A stretch of 63,769 nt of DNA, filler included, from Nemertoderma westbladi (taxonomy: Eukaryota; Animalia; Xenacoelomorpha): the NCBI GenBank assembly GCA_032718475.1. It is 3 parts of 3 records of this genome, joined end to end, with 100 filler letters (N's around TTAATTAATTAA, not from the genome) between each part and the next. Parts side by side here need not be neighbours in the genome. Positions count along the whole stretch, not along the records: positions 1 to 31,966 come from JAUCBJ010005656.1; 2 more parts are not named here. One strand, given 5' to 3'. The position numbers and the translations under genes were made by a program. Each line of letters starts with the position of its first letter. Position 1 is the stretch's first letter. The notes under the pieces are model-generated. The model was not told where the DNA came from, did no database searches, and saw only the letters and a list, made by a program, of their open reading frames with translations. Positions 1-14,500 of this stretch are shown here, one piece after another.

Positions 1-2820
1 TTAAATGAACGGGACAAGGGCCACCTTTACTATCATAAAGAATGAGATGATTTACATTAGGGCCACAAATATACATCTTTTACAGTGGCCTTTTGCATCC
101 AAATTGATCTTACCAATAAACTGAGATGAAAAAGGGCCAGAATGAAATACAATGAGCTTAACAGCATTAGGGTAGGGCCATACTGTAGCGCCATGGAGAT
201 ATTTATGGACAAGGCTCTTTAGAGCTAGAACATAGTAACGAATAACGACCATAAGAACTATAAAAGTCCGTCTAGGCATAGAATTTATAATTATGCAATT
301 CTCCTTGTTCACTCCTACCAAATTTCAGATGGAATCTGATGGTTGGTTCTATAATTACACAGCTACTTCTACGATTCTGTCAATTCGCCCGCCTAGCGGC
401 AGACAGGGGAACTTTAAAGTCTGTCTGTGTGTATAATTTCTACTTAAGCAACGGCGATAACTGCCCGATGAAGACATGGGAACTTGAAAGTCTAACCGTA
501 CAGTACATAAAATATGTTCAAACAAAAATAATGTTTATTAAAATCTACATTATTTTAGTTTTAGGTTAACTGAGGTAAATATTACATTGCAAGTCTTACA
601 AATCATGTTACTATTCATGTCATTTTTTGAGAAAGTTTGACTGGCCCATTTGATTCAAAATTGATTTATTAAATTAAATGAACGGGACAAGGGCCACCTT
701 TACTATCATAAAGAATGAGATGATTTACATTAGGGCCACAAATATACATCTTTTACAGTGGCCTTTTGCATCCAAATTGATCTTACCAATAAACTGAGCT
801 GAAAAAGGGCCAGAATGAAATACAATGAGCTTAACAGCATTAGGGTAGGGCCATACTGTAGCGCCATGGAGATATTTATGGACAAGGCTCTTTAGAGCTA
901 GAACATAGTAACGAATAACGACCATAAGAACTATAAAAGTCCGTCTAGGCATAGAATTTATAATTATGCAATTCTCCTTGTTCACTCCTACCAAATTTCA
1001 GATGGAATCTGATGGTTGGTTCTATAATTACACAGCTACTTCTAAGTTTCTGTCAATTCGCCTCCCTAGCGGCAGACAGGTGAACTTTAAAGTCTGTCTG
1101 TGTGTATAATTTCTACTTAAGCAACGGCGATAACTGCCCGTTGAAGACATGGAAACTTGAAAGTCTAACCGTACAGTACATAAAATATGTTCAAACAAAA
1201 ATAATGTTTATTAAAATCTACATTATTTTAGTTTTAGGTTAACTGAGGTAAATATTACATTGCAAGTCTTACAAATCATGTTACTATTCATGTCATTTTT
1301 TGAGAAAGTTTGACTGGCCCATTTGATTCAAAATTGATTTAATAAATTAAATGAACGGGAAAAGGGCCACCTTTACAATCATAAAGAATGAGATGATTTA
1401 CATTAGGGCCACAAATATACATCTTTTACAGTGGCCTTTTGCATCCAAATTGATCTTACCAATAAACTGAGATGAAAAAGGGCCAGAATGAAATACAATG
1501 AGCTTAACAGCATTAGGGTAGGGCCATACTGTAGCGCCATGGAGATATTTATGGACAAGGCTCTTTAGAGCTAGAACATAGTAACGAATAACGACCATAA
1601 GAACTATAAAAGTCCGTCTAGGCATAGAATTTATAATTATGCAATTCTCCTTGTTCACTCCTACCAAATTTCAGATGGAATCTGATGGTTGGTTCTATAA
1701 TTACACAGCTACTTCTACGATTCTGTCAATTCGCCCGCCTAGCGGCAGACAGGGGAACTTTAAAGTCTGTCTGTGTGTATAATTTCTACTTAAGCAACGG
1801 CGATAACTGCCCGATGAAGACATGGGAACTTGAAAGTCTAACCGTACAGTACATAAAATATGTTCAAACAAAAATAATGTTTATTAAAATCTACATTATT
1901 TTAGTTTTAGGTTAACTGAGGTAAATATTACATTGCAAGTCTTACAAATCATGTTACTATTCATGTCATTTTTTGAGAAAGTTTGACTGGCCCATTTGAT
2001 TCAAAATTGATTTATTAAATTAAATGAACGGGACAAGGGCCACCTTTACTATCATAAAGAATGATATGATTTAAATTAAGGGCACAAATATATATCTTTT
2101 GCAGTGGCCTTTTGCATCCAAATTGATCTTACCAATAAACTGAGATGAAAAAGGGCCAGAATGAAATACAATGAGCTTAACAGCATTAGGGCCATACTGT
2201 AGCGCCATGGAGATATTTATGGACAAGGCTCTTTAGAGCTAGAACATAGTAACGAATAACGACCATAAGAACTATAAAAGTCCGTCTAGGCATAGAATTT
2301 ATAATTATGCAATTCTCCTTGTTCACTCCTACCAAATTTCAGATGGAATCTGATGGTTGGTTCTATAATTACACAGCTACTTCTACGATTCTGTCAATAC
2401 GCCCCCCTAGCGGCAGACAGGGGAACTTTAAAGTCTGTCTGAATTTAGAATTTCTAAATAAGCAATGCTTGTAGGTGTAGGTCACTCTTACCAAATTTCA
2501 AGAAGATATATCAACCATACATAAAATTATGTTCAAACAAAAATAATGCTTATTATTTTTACTTTTATTATTTTATTTTAGTTTGGTTAACTGTGGTAAT
2601 TACATTGCAAGTCTTACAATTCATATTACTATTCATGTCATTTTTTGAGAAAGTTTGACTGGCCCATTTGATTCAAAATTGATTTATTAAATTAAATGAA
2701 CGGGAAAAGGGCCACCTTTACTATCATAAAGAATGAGATGATTTACATTAGGGCCACAAATATACATCATTTACAGTGGCCCATTTGCATCCAAATTGAT
2801 CTTACAAATAAACTGAACTG
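1..2820. repeat. 673-bp tandem satellite, about 4.2 near-identical copies (inside the CK intron)
   Basis: TTAAATGAACGGG unit starts at 1, 674, 1347, 2020 and ~2692. Each unit has one CGCCC(G)CCTAGCGGCAGAC motif shared with the 147-bp arrays. Confidence 0.95.
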
Positions 2821-3481
2821 TAAGAATGAAGAGAAATAAGATAGGGCCATTGAGTTATATAGGTACACTATACCTACATATCTCACTTTATAGATATATA
2901 AGTTGGCCCTTTCGCTCGTTTTTTCATCTTTATGTATGTATATTAAAATGGTATATGTAGGAACATATATACACGAGATATGTAGATATACTAATGGCCC
3001 TTTTTACATCCATTCAGTGTTATATAGGTACATAATACCCTTCATTTCAAAGATACATATCTATGGCCCTTTAGGCCGAACGTACATATATATATATATA
3101 TACAGTACAATATGAAATATATTAACGTATATTAGCGTATATTAACGTGTGCTGGCGGTCACAAACACAAAATTATAAGTTTAAATTGAGGAAAATTAAT
3201 TTTTATAAAACCCAACGATATTTTATTTCAGCTGAAAATATTGTGTAACCGTACATGTTTTTATTTCTCCAACAAAATTAAAGATTCAAACTGAACTATT
3301 TTTTACCTTATGTGCAGGTGGGCCGTATATATTGAAATAAATGCAATTTCAAGTATTAAATTTCATTCTTTCAATATATTTCTATCTAGATAGTATTATA
3401 TTATATCAGGACATTATCTAAATATATGAGTGTTGTTATTAAAAACAAAAGGACAGATTAATGCAGATAGTTATTGTAAGT

Positions 3482-3860
3482 CATACCAGGTTATGTATTA
3501 ACATAAATTCTGTGACATACCTGGTGTGGTCATTTGTTACCATAGTAACTGTGTGACTTCCCTGGTGTGGACATACGTTACCATGCTGAATGTGTGACTT
3601 ACTTGGTGTGGTCATTTGTTACCATAGTAACTGTGTGACTTACCTGGTGTGGATATACTTTACCATATTGAATGTGTGACTTATCTGGTGTGGTCATCTG
3701 TTACCATAGTAACTGTGCGACTTACCTGGTGTCGTCATTTGTTACCATAGAAATTCTGTAACATACCTGGTGTCGTCATTTGTTACCATAGAAACTCTGT
3801 AACATACCTGGTGTCGTCATTTGTTACCATAAAAAACTCTGTGACATACCTGGTGTGGTC
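3482..3860 (-). repeat. 41-bp minisatellite (~9 copies) built from the exon end, 5' splice site and an X-box-like motif
   Basis: Unit of the type GTTACCATAGTAACTGTGTGACTTACCTGGTGTGGTCATTT; period 41 (3700, 3741, 3782, 3823). Confidence 0.9.
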
Positions 3861-5533
3861 TTCCTCATTTACCCAGACGAGGAAAGATTTATCGTCGTTA
3901 TGCCATATTCCTCGGGCTTCCGGCCAATCTCCCGCCATGTTGGAACTGAGAAGCAGTGGAGACACTGGTTTATCGAAGAGGAAGTGGTTGGCGATTAACT
4001 CATCTTGATCGGCCTCAGACATCGTCTCCAAACTATAATACTTCCCGCTGCATGGAATACATTAATCATTGATATGCACAACTTTTATATTTGTTTGCTG
4101 CTTATCAGGTGATCTCCAATAAAACCAATATTAGTTATTTCCTATGCACTAACCTAAATTCCCCATCGAGTTTGCTCAAGGCGTCCAGAACAATCTTCTC
4201 TACAGATTTCCTATCTTCCCGTCCCGTATGGGGAGGCAAGGCGTATCCCCTGACACTTCGTCCGGTTCTCACACGGGAACTCAGGACGAATTCGTCATCG
4301 AATTCTCCGCCTTCCAATTTATTCCAATCCAAATCAGTTTCATGTTTAGCATCCTAAAAATAAGTATTAAATGTAATGTATTTTCATTTTAATATTTAGG
4401 TTTTGTAATAGGAATTTGATATAGTTTTTACATTCCTCTCAATGTCGTTTACACCTGCTGTGCTGCTGACGAAACTTCAGCATTGAACATTTTTATAAAA
4501 GTGAACGATTATATGTTGCATAACGGATTTGGAACTGTCACCCTTATGCCAAAACTAGAGCTGTATATTAAGGAGAATAAAAATAAAAAAAATCGTTCAA
4601 TAATGTACCATTATTCTAAATCGAATCATCAAGTTTGAAAACTCCATGGGTATATTAAATTCCGTCAAATAATTTCAATGTCTATACTTTACACCATCAG
4701 AGATTTATGTTATGTAACTGAAATTATAATTGTTACACAAGTGCACCAGTCCCTATGCTGAGTTGTACGGCCTATTGAACTATTATAGAATACATGTCAA
4801 ATACACCCATATTCATCAGTCAGTTGTTCCCAAAGTATAATATAGGCAAGACCAGTTTTCATTACACGACCATAATGGAATGTTTCCTAATGCGGAATGA
4901 GGGACATGTGATTTCAAGAAGGCAATGCAATGTAAATACGAATTTGAGATATTAAGGAACAATTTCTGAAAACTGCATGATACATTCCAAAAAAGCCCTT
5001 TCATCTGTCTAGCTATACTTCAACAGAAGTAATAACAAAAATAACATTGTGTTAATGGTGACGATTAAAGATATCTTTACTCTCTAGAACTCAATATTCC
5101 CACTAAACTTTTAATGGCCACACAAGGTAGTCCGTCATTCCGAAATATTCTTCGAATATCTATAAACTAAAATATATTTGGTTAAATATTAAAGTTCCGT
5201 TAGCTACCTTAGCATAGCCTCCATGGCGCCCATCGATAACTGGATCGAATAACTCAGAAAATGTCTCATAACTTTCCTCGTCTCCCGCCACACACCCCAC
5301 TGTCATAATAAAAGGATGTCCTGGATTCTCCATACCCGTCTTTATCGCGCTGAGGAATGAAAATCCGCTTGAAGTTTTTTTATCGAATAAGTTTGAGTAT
5401 ATATCGGGTGTGAGGGATTTAGTCATCCAGTTATTATGTTTAGAGAGATCAGGGAATTCGTCTTGTTTGAGAGATTCAAACAGTTTCCGGCCTTCTTCTG
5501 GTATACCGATATGTTCTTCCTCGACCTGTTTAC
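3850..5533 (-). CDS. Creatine kinase domain 4 (3 exons seen; C-terminal part lies beyond the window)
   Basis: [36 protein letters not shown], then a GT donor. No downstream CK exon found in 1-3849. Confidence 0.88.
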
Positions 5534-8500
5534 CTATGAGGCAAAACATATTTTTTCGTTTTTTTTTTTTTTTTTTAGAAAAATCTCAATATTTTAATAA
5601 ATTATACAAATTAATTAATTATTGACAATGTTCCAACAAATTTGGATCCCTTGATTGATTTGTAAAAATATATAGAAACCTCCAAAGTTGAGATTATTAT
5701 TTTAAATTTATTGAATATACAATAAATTGTATATATATAACAATATGTTACAATTTATTGTATATATATATATATAAATAAATAAATATAAATTTATTTG
5801 TTGAGATAATTATAAGGTTGGGAAATGTTATGATTGATTTATATTACTTACCTTTGGGAGCAGGGATCATCTCATCAATAGATTCCCCTCTTTCAAGAGC
5901 TTTCTCTATGTCAACTAATAGGGTGACACCATCGATAACAAACTGCGCCAATTCAACCTCAGAGTAACCCAAACGATCCGAGTTACTGATATCGTAAACA
6001 CCACCTTCAGCCTTGGAACACAATAAATCAATAAATACGGAAAACTAAGCACCGGTAACTAACTATATCCTATTATTCTATGTTATTCTATATTTTAAGT
6101 TACGGAACATAATATTATCTCACCTTATCTTACATACAGACACGGTTTCGAATAGGACAATCCTCGAAATCATTCAGAAAAACGTATTATTATATAAAAT
6201 TAATCATTAAAATTCCTGTAATCCAATAGTAATTAGGACTTTATCAGCAGATTAGCTCCTTGCATTAACGACGACAGAGCTCCGTTTATGGAACACCATA
6301 TCATACCGTACCTTAGTATGCTCGCCTATCCGTTTCTGGTTACATACCTCAGTATCTACACCGCCTGTTCCGCGTTTCTGAAGCCTCAAATTTTTAAGAA
6401 TCAGTCCGAATTTATCATGGTTACAGAGTTTTGCCAATTTCACGTGGACGCCCGCCCGTAAACCAGTCCCGAGGTTGCTCGGACAAGTTAACACGTATCC
6501 CAAATGTTCATTCCACATGAATTCGTTGCCGGATTTCTTAACTTCCTCTTCAACTTTCTGCAAACCTTCACAGAATCGTCTAAAAACTTCCTTCATATTA
6601 CCACCTTTTTGCATCGATATAACTCTGTGAATAAAATGTAACTTTATTTCCACATTGTCAATATAAAGAAACATTCAAAACTATGAATTATTTCAGACAT
6701 TAAGTGCATATTGCACCATCATTGTAGTATATATATAATAAGCACGCGACTGAGTAGCAGAAACTGAAAGAATTACAGAAAAAAACTACAGAAATAAACA
6801 AAACCAATAAGAACTCACCATGAAATGGATTTTATAAATAATATGCTATTACAAAAAATATATCCTAAGTATTGAAGGAAATTTTAGATTAAAACTGTAT
6901 ATACTGACATGCCCTCTATGATCTATATTTAGTAGATATTAAAAGAACCTGCTGTGGTCTTCCTCATTGATCCAGACGAGGAATGTTTTGTCGTCATTGT
7001 GCCAAATTCCACGAGCCTCTGGCCAATCCTTCTCCATCTGGGAACTCAGTAGCAGAGGGGAAACCGGCTTGTCGAACAGAAAATGGTCGGCAATAAGTTT
7101 CTCTTGGTCTTCCTCACTCATTGTCTCCAGACTGTAATACTGACCTCTGCGTTGAAGGATTACGTTATAATTTAGACTTATTGGTTGGAACTGAAAGATA
7201 TTTTACAGAAATGATTCTAATTAATAATCTTGCAGCCTTGTTCCTTAACTGCAACCGGGAGCTTTCAAATGCAATACAAATAATAAATTATAGTAGGTAT
7301 TGGCCATTCTGTACAGACAAGACCAATTTATGAAGCACTAGCAGCTAAATCGTGAAAGATATCTCTGAATCGGTAACTGATAGCTGTTAGATGATATTAA
7401 CGGTAGCCGAAGCAAAACACTGTATAACTAATTTTGTTATTTATATTATATTTACAATATTTGTAAAATAAACGTGACGGCAGAAACGTTTTCCAGTATT
7501 TTTTGTAATGTAATTTGTGTTGAGATGTAAAGACATCAATAACTCGCTCTTAAATGTGGATCTTTTATATGATCTATTGATCTCTAGAGTTATACTATTT
7601 TATAAACTAAATTGCTGTTATAATACTAACGGTGTTAAGATTAAATTATAACACCCCACTCACTTAAACTCGCCCTCTAGGTTTCCCAAAGCAGTCACCA
7701 ATATCTCCTCCACTTTCTTCCTCTCTTCGCCTCTACAGTGGGGCGGCAGACCGTATCCTCTTATACTGCGGCCAGTTCGGACACGGGATGATAGAACATA
7801 ATCAGGGTCCATGTCTGTACCTCCAACTAACTTTGTCCAATCTAAGTCTGTTGGATGGATGGCGTCCTGGGAACAAGATACAGACATGTCATACGTTGTT
7901 TGCATGTGTACTGTAAATAGGAAGTGGTACAAAAATGAGATAAAATGCACTCTAAATGTTACAGTGGCAAAAAATTTGACAAAATTCACTATAAGACAGT
8001 GGTAAAAAAAAATGAGACAAAATTCCCTGAAAATATGACAGAGGTACACTAAATGACAAATTTTAACAGTAAATAAGACGGTTGTACAAAAAAGAGACAA
8101 AATGTACTGTGATTACGACAGTGGGACAAAAATGTGGCTAAATGCAATGTAAGTGGAGAGACTGACTACTAAATCAACGTCACAAGTACAGCAGCTCATT
8201 TTCTTTTACAATTAAATTTCATTTATTTTTACATAATTTTTATTTTAGATTTATTTCGTTTACTGACAGTACGGAATGAAGCAAGAAAAAGTACTAATTT
8301 AGGAAAAAAATTCGGTTTTACAAATGTGAAACAACATTGAGAATTAAAAAAATTCTGTTTTACAAATGTGAAACAACATTGAGAATTGCCATGTGCTCAA
8401 ATCTTTATTTTACCTCTAGACCATAGTGAAAATAATTTTACTTTTTTTTCCATTTAAATTTATATTAGTCTAAATAATCTTGTTAGTCTTTCAAATACGT

Positions 8501-11500
8501 ATTGTTGTTGTTTAACTGAACAAATTAAGAAACACTTAAAACTAGAGAAAATGTATATTAAATGAAAATTAATGTTTTTAAAATATTGTGCCGAATGTGA
8601 GCAGTAATATTATTTGGTGATGCTAAGTGGTCCTCATACTATATATAATTATAATTAAGGTAAACTAATTATTTTGGGGCTGCTTAATTATACAATTAAT
8701 TAATTATCTATTTAATATTCTCAACATACTTTACCGTATCCACCATGTCTTTTGTCAATTACGGGATCAAACATATCGGCGAATGCCGTGTAGCTCTCCT
8801 CGTCACCGGCCACACATCCTACAGTCATTATAAAGGGATGTCCCGCATTCTCTATACCGGTCTTTATGGCGTTGAGGAAACTGAATCCACTCGACGTTGA
8901 TTCATCATAATACTACAAAATATATAAAGAGACAAGTTATTATGAAACCATAAGAATTCGAAATCCGGATAAGCCAATGCCATATATATGTCTCTCTAAG
9001 AAGATAATATTCCGGTATTTATAGAACGTAAGTTAGTAATTACTATTAAATCACATTGACTATTAAACATGATGATTACAATAATTGACAAACCTTTTCA
9101 TACGCGTCGTTTGTTAAGCACTTGGCCATCCAGTTATTGTGGGATTTAGAAAGATCGGGGAAGGAACCCTTCGCTAAACTATTGAAGAGTTTAACTCCTT
9201 CTTCTGGAATCCCGATCTGTTGACTTCGAGTTGTCGGTTCCGGAATAAGATCATCGATAGATTCGCCTAGATGTCAAAACAAATTAAATCAATCTAAATA
9301 AAAACTGATTATATTTTTTAGAATGAATAAAATAATTAAAAAAAATTAAATACTTTGGTTTTGGCTGACAATATAATTGTGCAAGTCGGTGGCATTAGTG
9401 AGTGTAAATGGTTCTTACCAGACCCCCTAGTGCATAGATTCCTGGAGGACAATTAAACCAAGCAAGTTAGTAAAGTTAACTCATTAAATAAATAGGAAAG
9501 TACAACAATTATTCGACTAACTTACCATTTTCTAATCTCTTTTCCATTTCGATAAGCAGTTTGAGACCATCGACAAGAAATTGTACGAGTTGGACTTCCG
9601 AATATCCTAAACGGTCGGAGTTTGATATATCGAATATCCCGCCCTCGCTCTTGGTATCCACGCCGCCGGTACCCCGTTTCTGTAGCCGCAATGTCGTCAA
9701 AATCTCCTCAAACTTTTCGTGTGTACTCACACATGGAATCTAAGGAATTACCATGCCGTCATTTATATTACATTAGTTCCTAAATCCAGTCAAACAATTT
9801 ATTAATAACAATTTAATTATTATTGCAAATATTTTAATTTAACCCTAACCCTATTACCATATAATAACAAAAAAAAGCAGAATTGTTTGGCTGTACACCA
9901 AATTGTCAGCTTATCTTGAGGGCTCCAAATAATTAAATGATATTTAATTGTTCTTACCTTAATATGAACTCCAGCTCTGAGTCCGGTGCCCAGATTGCTT
10001 GGACAGGTCAGTATATACCCCAGGTGTTCGTTCCACATGAATTCCTGACCCGCGTTTTTCATTGCATTCTCAACTTTCTGAAGACCTTCGCAAAATCTCC
10101 GAAACACTTCCTTGACATTGCTGCCTTTCTGCATAGATATTACTCTGCATTGCAAAAATACTTAATTCAATTGGAAATATTTTAGGAATATTAACTAAGT
10201 AAGGTGCTGAATGCCAAACGTGTGAAGCTGAATGCAACGATGTCTATACAGTCTACGTCTAATCAGACTACGTTAGGCTACCTGTAACATCGCTATATTT
10301 TAATTTATTTTTCAATACTACTGAGCTGTAACTGTCCTACTGTCTGACAGTAGGCCTACGAACGTTACTGGCTTGGACAAACACAGAATGCATAACTTAT
10401 TGTCCATTACCCGCATGAAGCTAGAAAACGATAGCACAATGCTGAAATAAACTTGGTACTAATTTTCATTTCACACTGTCAATTATTTATGCCATTGCTC
10501 TTTAAATTTAATTCAGTGTGCACTTCAAACCGAATCAATGTATGAATTAATAGAAACTAAATTCTTTTGAAATTGTCCCATAGCACACATTTATCAATTC
10601 CACACATTTTGTTTACATAAGCCTATAAACTTTTAAATTTACCAGACATAAATAACAACTACCTTGTATGATCTTCCTCATTAATCCAAACAAGGAAGCT
10701 CTTATCCTCGTTATGCCAGATTCCCCTCCCTTCTGGCCACTCACGTTCCATATTGGAGCTCAGCAATAGAGGCGAAACGGGTTTGTCGAATAGAAAGTGA
10801 TCTGCAATTAATTTGTCCTGGAAATGAAAAAAATAATATGAATTTTTTATATTATTCATTTCTGTTAACTAATTTAATTATTTAACCCACCAATTAACCA
10901 TAATTTACAAGTTTGCAAAGGAATTAAAATCATTATAAATAATAATAAATTTTGAATACAGTAAAATTATACCGTTACAATAGTGCATTGAGCAATAAAG
11001 AAAAAATCAGCGATTAAAATAGAAACTGAAAAAAAAACATCACATAAACTAATACCTGATTTAATTAAACTAAACTAATTTGTGTGTCACTAGATATGTA
11101 AAATACATAATTAATAAATAAATTGGCCCACCTGATCTGTCTCTGTCATTGTCTCCAGCGAGTAGTACTTCCCCAAGAATTCTCCATCTAACTCTCCCAA
11201 AGCTTTAACTACAATGTCCTCAACATCCTTCCTATCCTTTTTGCCACTGTGCGGCGGTAATGCAAATCCTAAATAAAACAATTCAAATTTACAAGAATAA
11301 CTCATTCATTAGTTCTCAATAACTCATTCATTAGTTCTCAATAAATCATTCATTAGTTATCAATAACTCATTCATTAGTTCTCAATACCTCATTCATTAG
11401 TTCTCAATAACTCATTCATTAGTTCTCAATAACTCATTCATTAGTTATCAATAACTCATTCATTAGTTCTCAATAACTCATTCATTACTTCTCAATAACT

Positions 11501-14500
11501 CATTCATTAGTTATCAATAACTCATTCATTAGTTCTCAATAACTCATTCATTAGTTATCAATAACTCATTCATTAGTCTCAATAACTCATTCATTAGTTC
11601 TTAATAATTCATTCATTAGTTCTCAATAACTCATTCATTAGTTATCAATAACTCATTCATTAATCTCACTAACTCATTCATTAGTTCTTAATAATTCATT
11701 CATTAGTTCTCAATAACTCATTCATTAGTTCTCAATAACTCATTCATTAGTTCTCAATAACTCATTCATTAGTTATCAATAACTCATTCATTAGTTCTCA
11801 ATAACTCATTCATTAGTTATCAATAAATCATTCATTAGTCTCAATAACTCATTCATTAGTTCTTAATAATTCATTCATTAGTTCTCAATAACTCATTCAT
11901 TAGTTCTCAATAACTCATTCATTAGTTCTCAATAACTCATTCATTAGTTCTCAATAACTCATTCATTAGTTCTCAATAACTCATTCATTAGTTCTCAATA
12001 ACTCATTCATTAGTTCTCAATAACTCATTCATTAGTTCTCAATAACTCATTCATAAGTTATCAATAACTCATTCATTAGTCTCAATAACTCATTCATTAG
12101 TTCTTAATAATTCATTCATTAGTTATCAATAACTCATTCTTTAGTTCTCAATAACTCATTCATTAGTTCTCAATAACTCATTCATTAGTTATCAATAACT
12201 CATTCATTAGTTCTCAATAACTCATTCATTAGTTCTCAATAACTCATTCATTAGTTATCAATAACTCATTCATTAGTTCTCAATAACTCATTCATTAGTT
12301 ATCAATAACTTATTCATTAGTTCTCAATAACTCATTCATTAGTTATCAATAACTCATTCATTAGTTCTCAATAACTCATTCATTAGTTCTCAATAACTCA
12401 TTTATTAGTTCTCAATAACTCATTCATTAGTTATCAATAACTCATTCATTAGTTCTCAATAACTCATTCATTAGTTCTCAATAACTCATTATTTACCGCA
12501 TTTTATACTGTTACCGGAAACTTGTAGTTATTTATATCTTTTTGCACATAAATATATGCAATGTAACAGTAGTTGTTTAATAATTAATTAATACATTGTA
12601 ATTTAAATGCTACTTTTAGAATTGGAGTATATTCATATAGCTAAAGTGATGTTTCAAATTATAAAGTTCATAGAATGACTATTCTAAGCTTCGGTAGCTT
12701 AGGTAACGTCAATTCTAAGCTAAGGTAACTTCGCCTTCGTTCGTGATATAAGTATTACAGTAGAGTTAATTATATAAAGCGTTAGATAGTTTTATTTACC
12801 GCGAATACTCCTCCCAGTTCGAACTCGTGACGACAGGATATATTTATCATCTAAGTCGTCTCCGCCTTGCAGTTTGGTGTAATCCAGATCTGTGTGGTGT
12901 TTGGTGCTACCCGGATACCCTTAATAAATATTTAGTTTAGGTATGAAATTAAAAAGTTGATATGTTTTATTATTTTGGATATTTTGTACCTCTCTTAGGA
13001 CAATGTAAGTATTACATAAATTAACGGTAAAGGATCGCATCTCAATATTCTGTTTATCAACTTACTTATTAATACATTGATTATATTAAATATGATGAAA
13101 ATATAACAATGATAAAGCAATATAATCCTACAACTAAACCCTTGAACATGAAGCAAAACAACAATCGATAATGTTGTCAAAAACTGCCCAGAGTTCATAG
13201 AGATTTACTGGAACAGGATTCTCAGGTTGGTGAGGATCCTCAAAATAGTCTAGGAAAATAGTATTGTAATAGTACTAAAATGATATGATGATGGTTAAGT
13301 TTTCTTATGCCAATAAAATGTCTTTAAATGAAAAAACATCGGTACTGGTAATAAATACATCACGATTATTTAAACATTCAATTCATTGTGCAAATATGAC
13401 AATGCAATATGCAACCACCAAATTTAAAGAAAGTATGCAATATGTATGTCACATTCTTTCAGCATGGGGGATAATTTTATAATTATAAATAAAAGTTAAT
13501 TTACAAATTATTATAAATGAATACTTACCTCCATGACGCCCATCGATAACTGGATCGAATAACTCAGAAAATGTCTCATAACTTTCCTCGTCTCCCGCCA
13601 CACACCCGACTGTCATAATAAAAGGATGTCCTGGATTCTCCATACCCGTCTTTATCGCGCTCAGGAATGAAAATCCGCTCGAAGTTTTTTTATCGAATAA
13701 GTTTGAGTATATATCGGGGGTGAGGGATTTAGTCATCCAGTTATTATGTTTGGAGAGGTCAGGGAATTGGTCTTGTTTGAGAGATTCAAACAGTTTCCGC
13801 CCTTCTTCTGGTATACCGATCTGAAAAACAAATTCCGAAAGTAAATTGGTAATTCTTTGTAAATGTTCAGTTGTCATGCTTCGTTTCAAATTCGTTTCGC
13901 ACACAAATTTTACGAATAGAGCTAAACGTAAATTAATAATCATATTAAATTGTTTTTGCTCAATTTTCAAAGGCAAACGAAAAGCAATATTAGTAACTTA
14001 AATGTCTACTCCAGTTCTAAATTATACTAGAATGACAATCAATGAATTTTAAGAGGATATGTATAAAATGTACCAAGAATGATTCTCACAATCGATGTCT
14101 AGCCCTGTTAATAAATATTAAAAGGAAGAAGCACATAAGAACAATGATTTTATACCAAGAATGATTCTTACATGTTCTTCTCCAGAAGGCTCTTCTTTGT
14201 CTTTAATCTTGAACTCATTAGTTATGGGTTTGGGGACCATGGATTCAATGTCCTTACCCTCCTCCAAAGCCTCTTCCATTTCAACTAATTTACCTATGCC
14301 GTCTATTACAAGTTGCATTTGTTCTACCTCAGATGTTCCAATTCGGTCTACAAAGAAAAGTAAAAAATAATAAATTATGTATGTAGGAAAGTGATTAATG
14401 AATTAATATGGTCCGACCAAGATCGAACCGATCTGGAACTTCCCAATCACACGTGCGATATGGCGATGGCATATCGCCAACATCTTGGCTGTTAATTATA

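Noticed and set aside
52-1915. Repeated 89-aa and 76-aa ORFs
   Set aside because: They lie in the 673-bp satellite, are broken in other copies and have no recognisable domain.
5208-5533. Domain 4 as a haplotype or assembly duplicate of domain 2
   Set aside because: Flanking introns, intron positions and downstream exons differ completely; only one exon-sized tract is similar. Read-level confirmation is still desirable.
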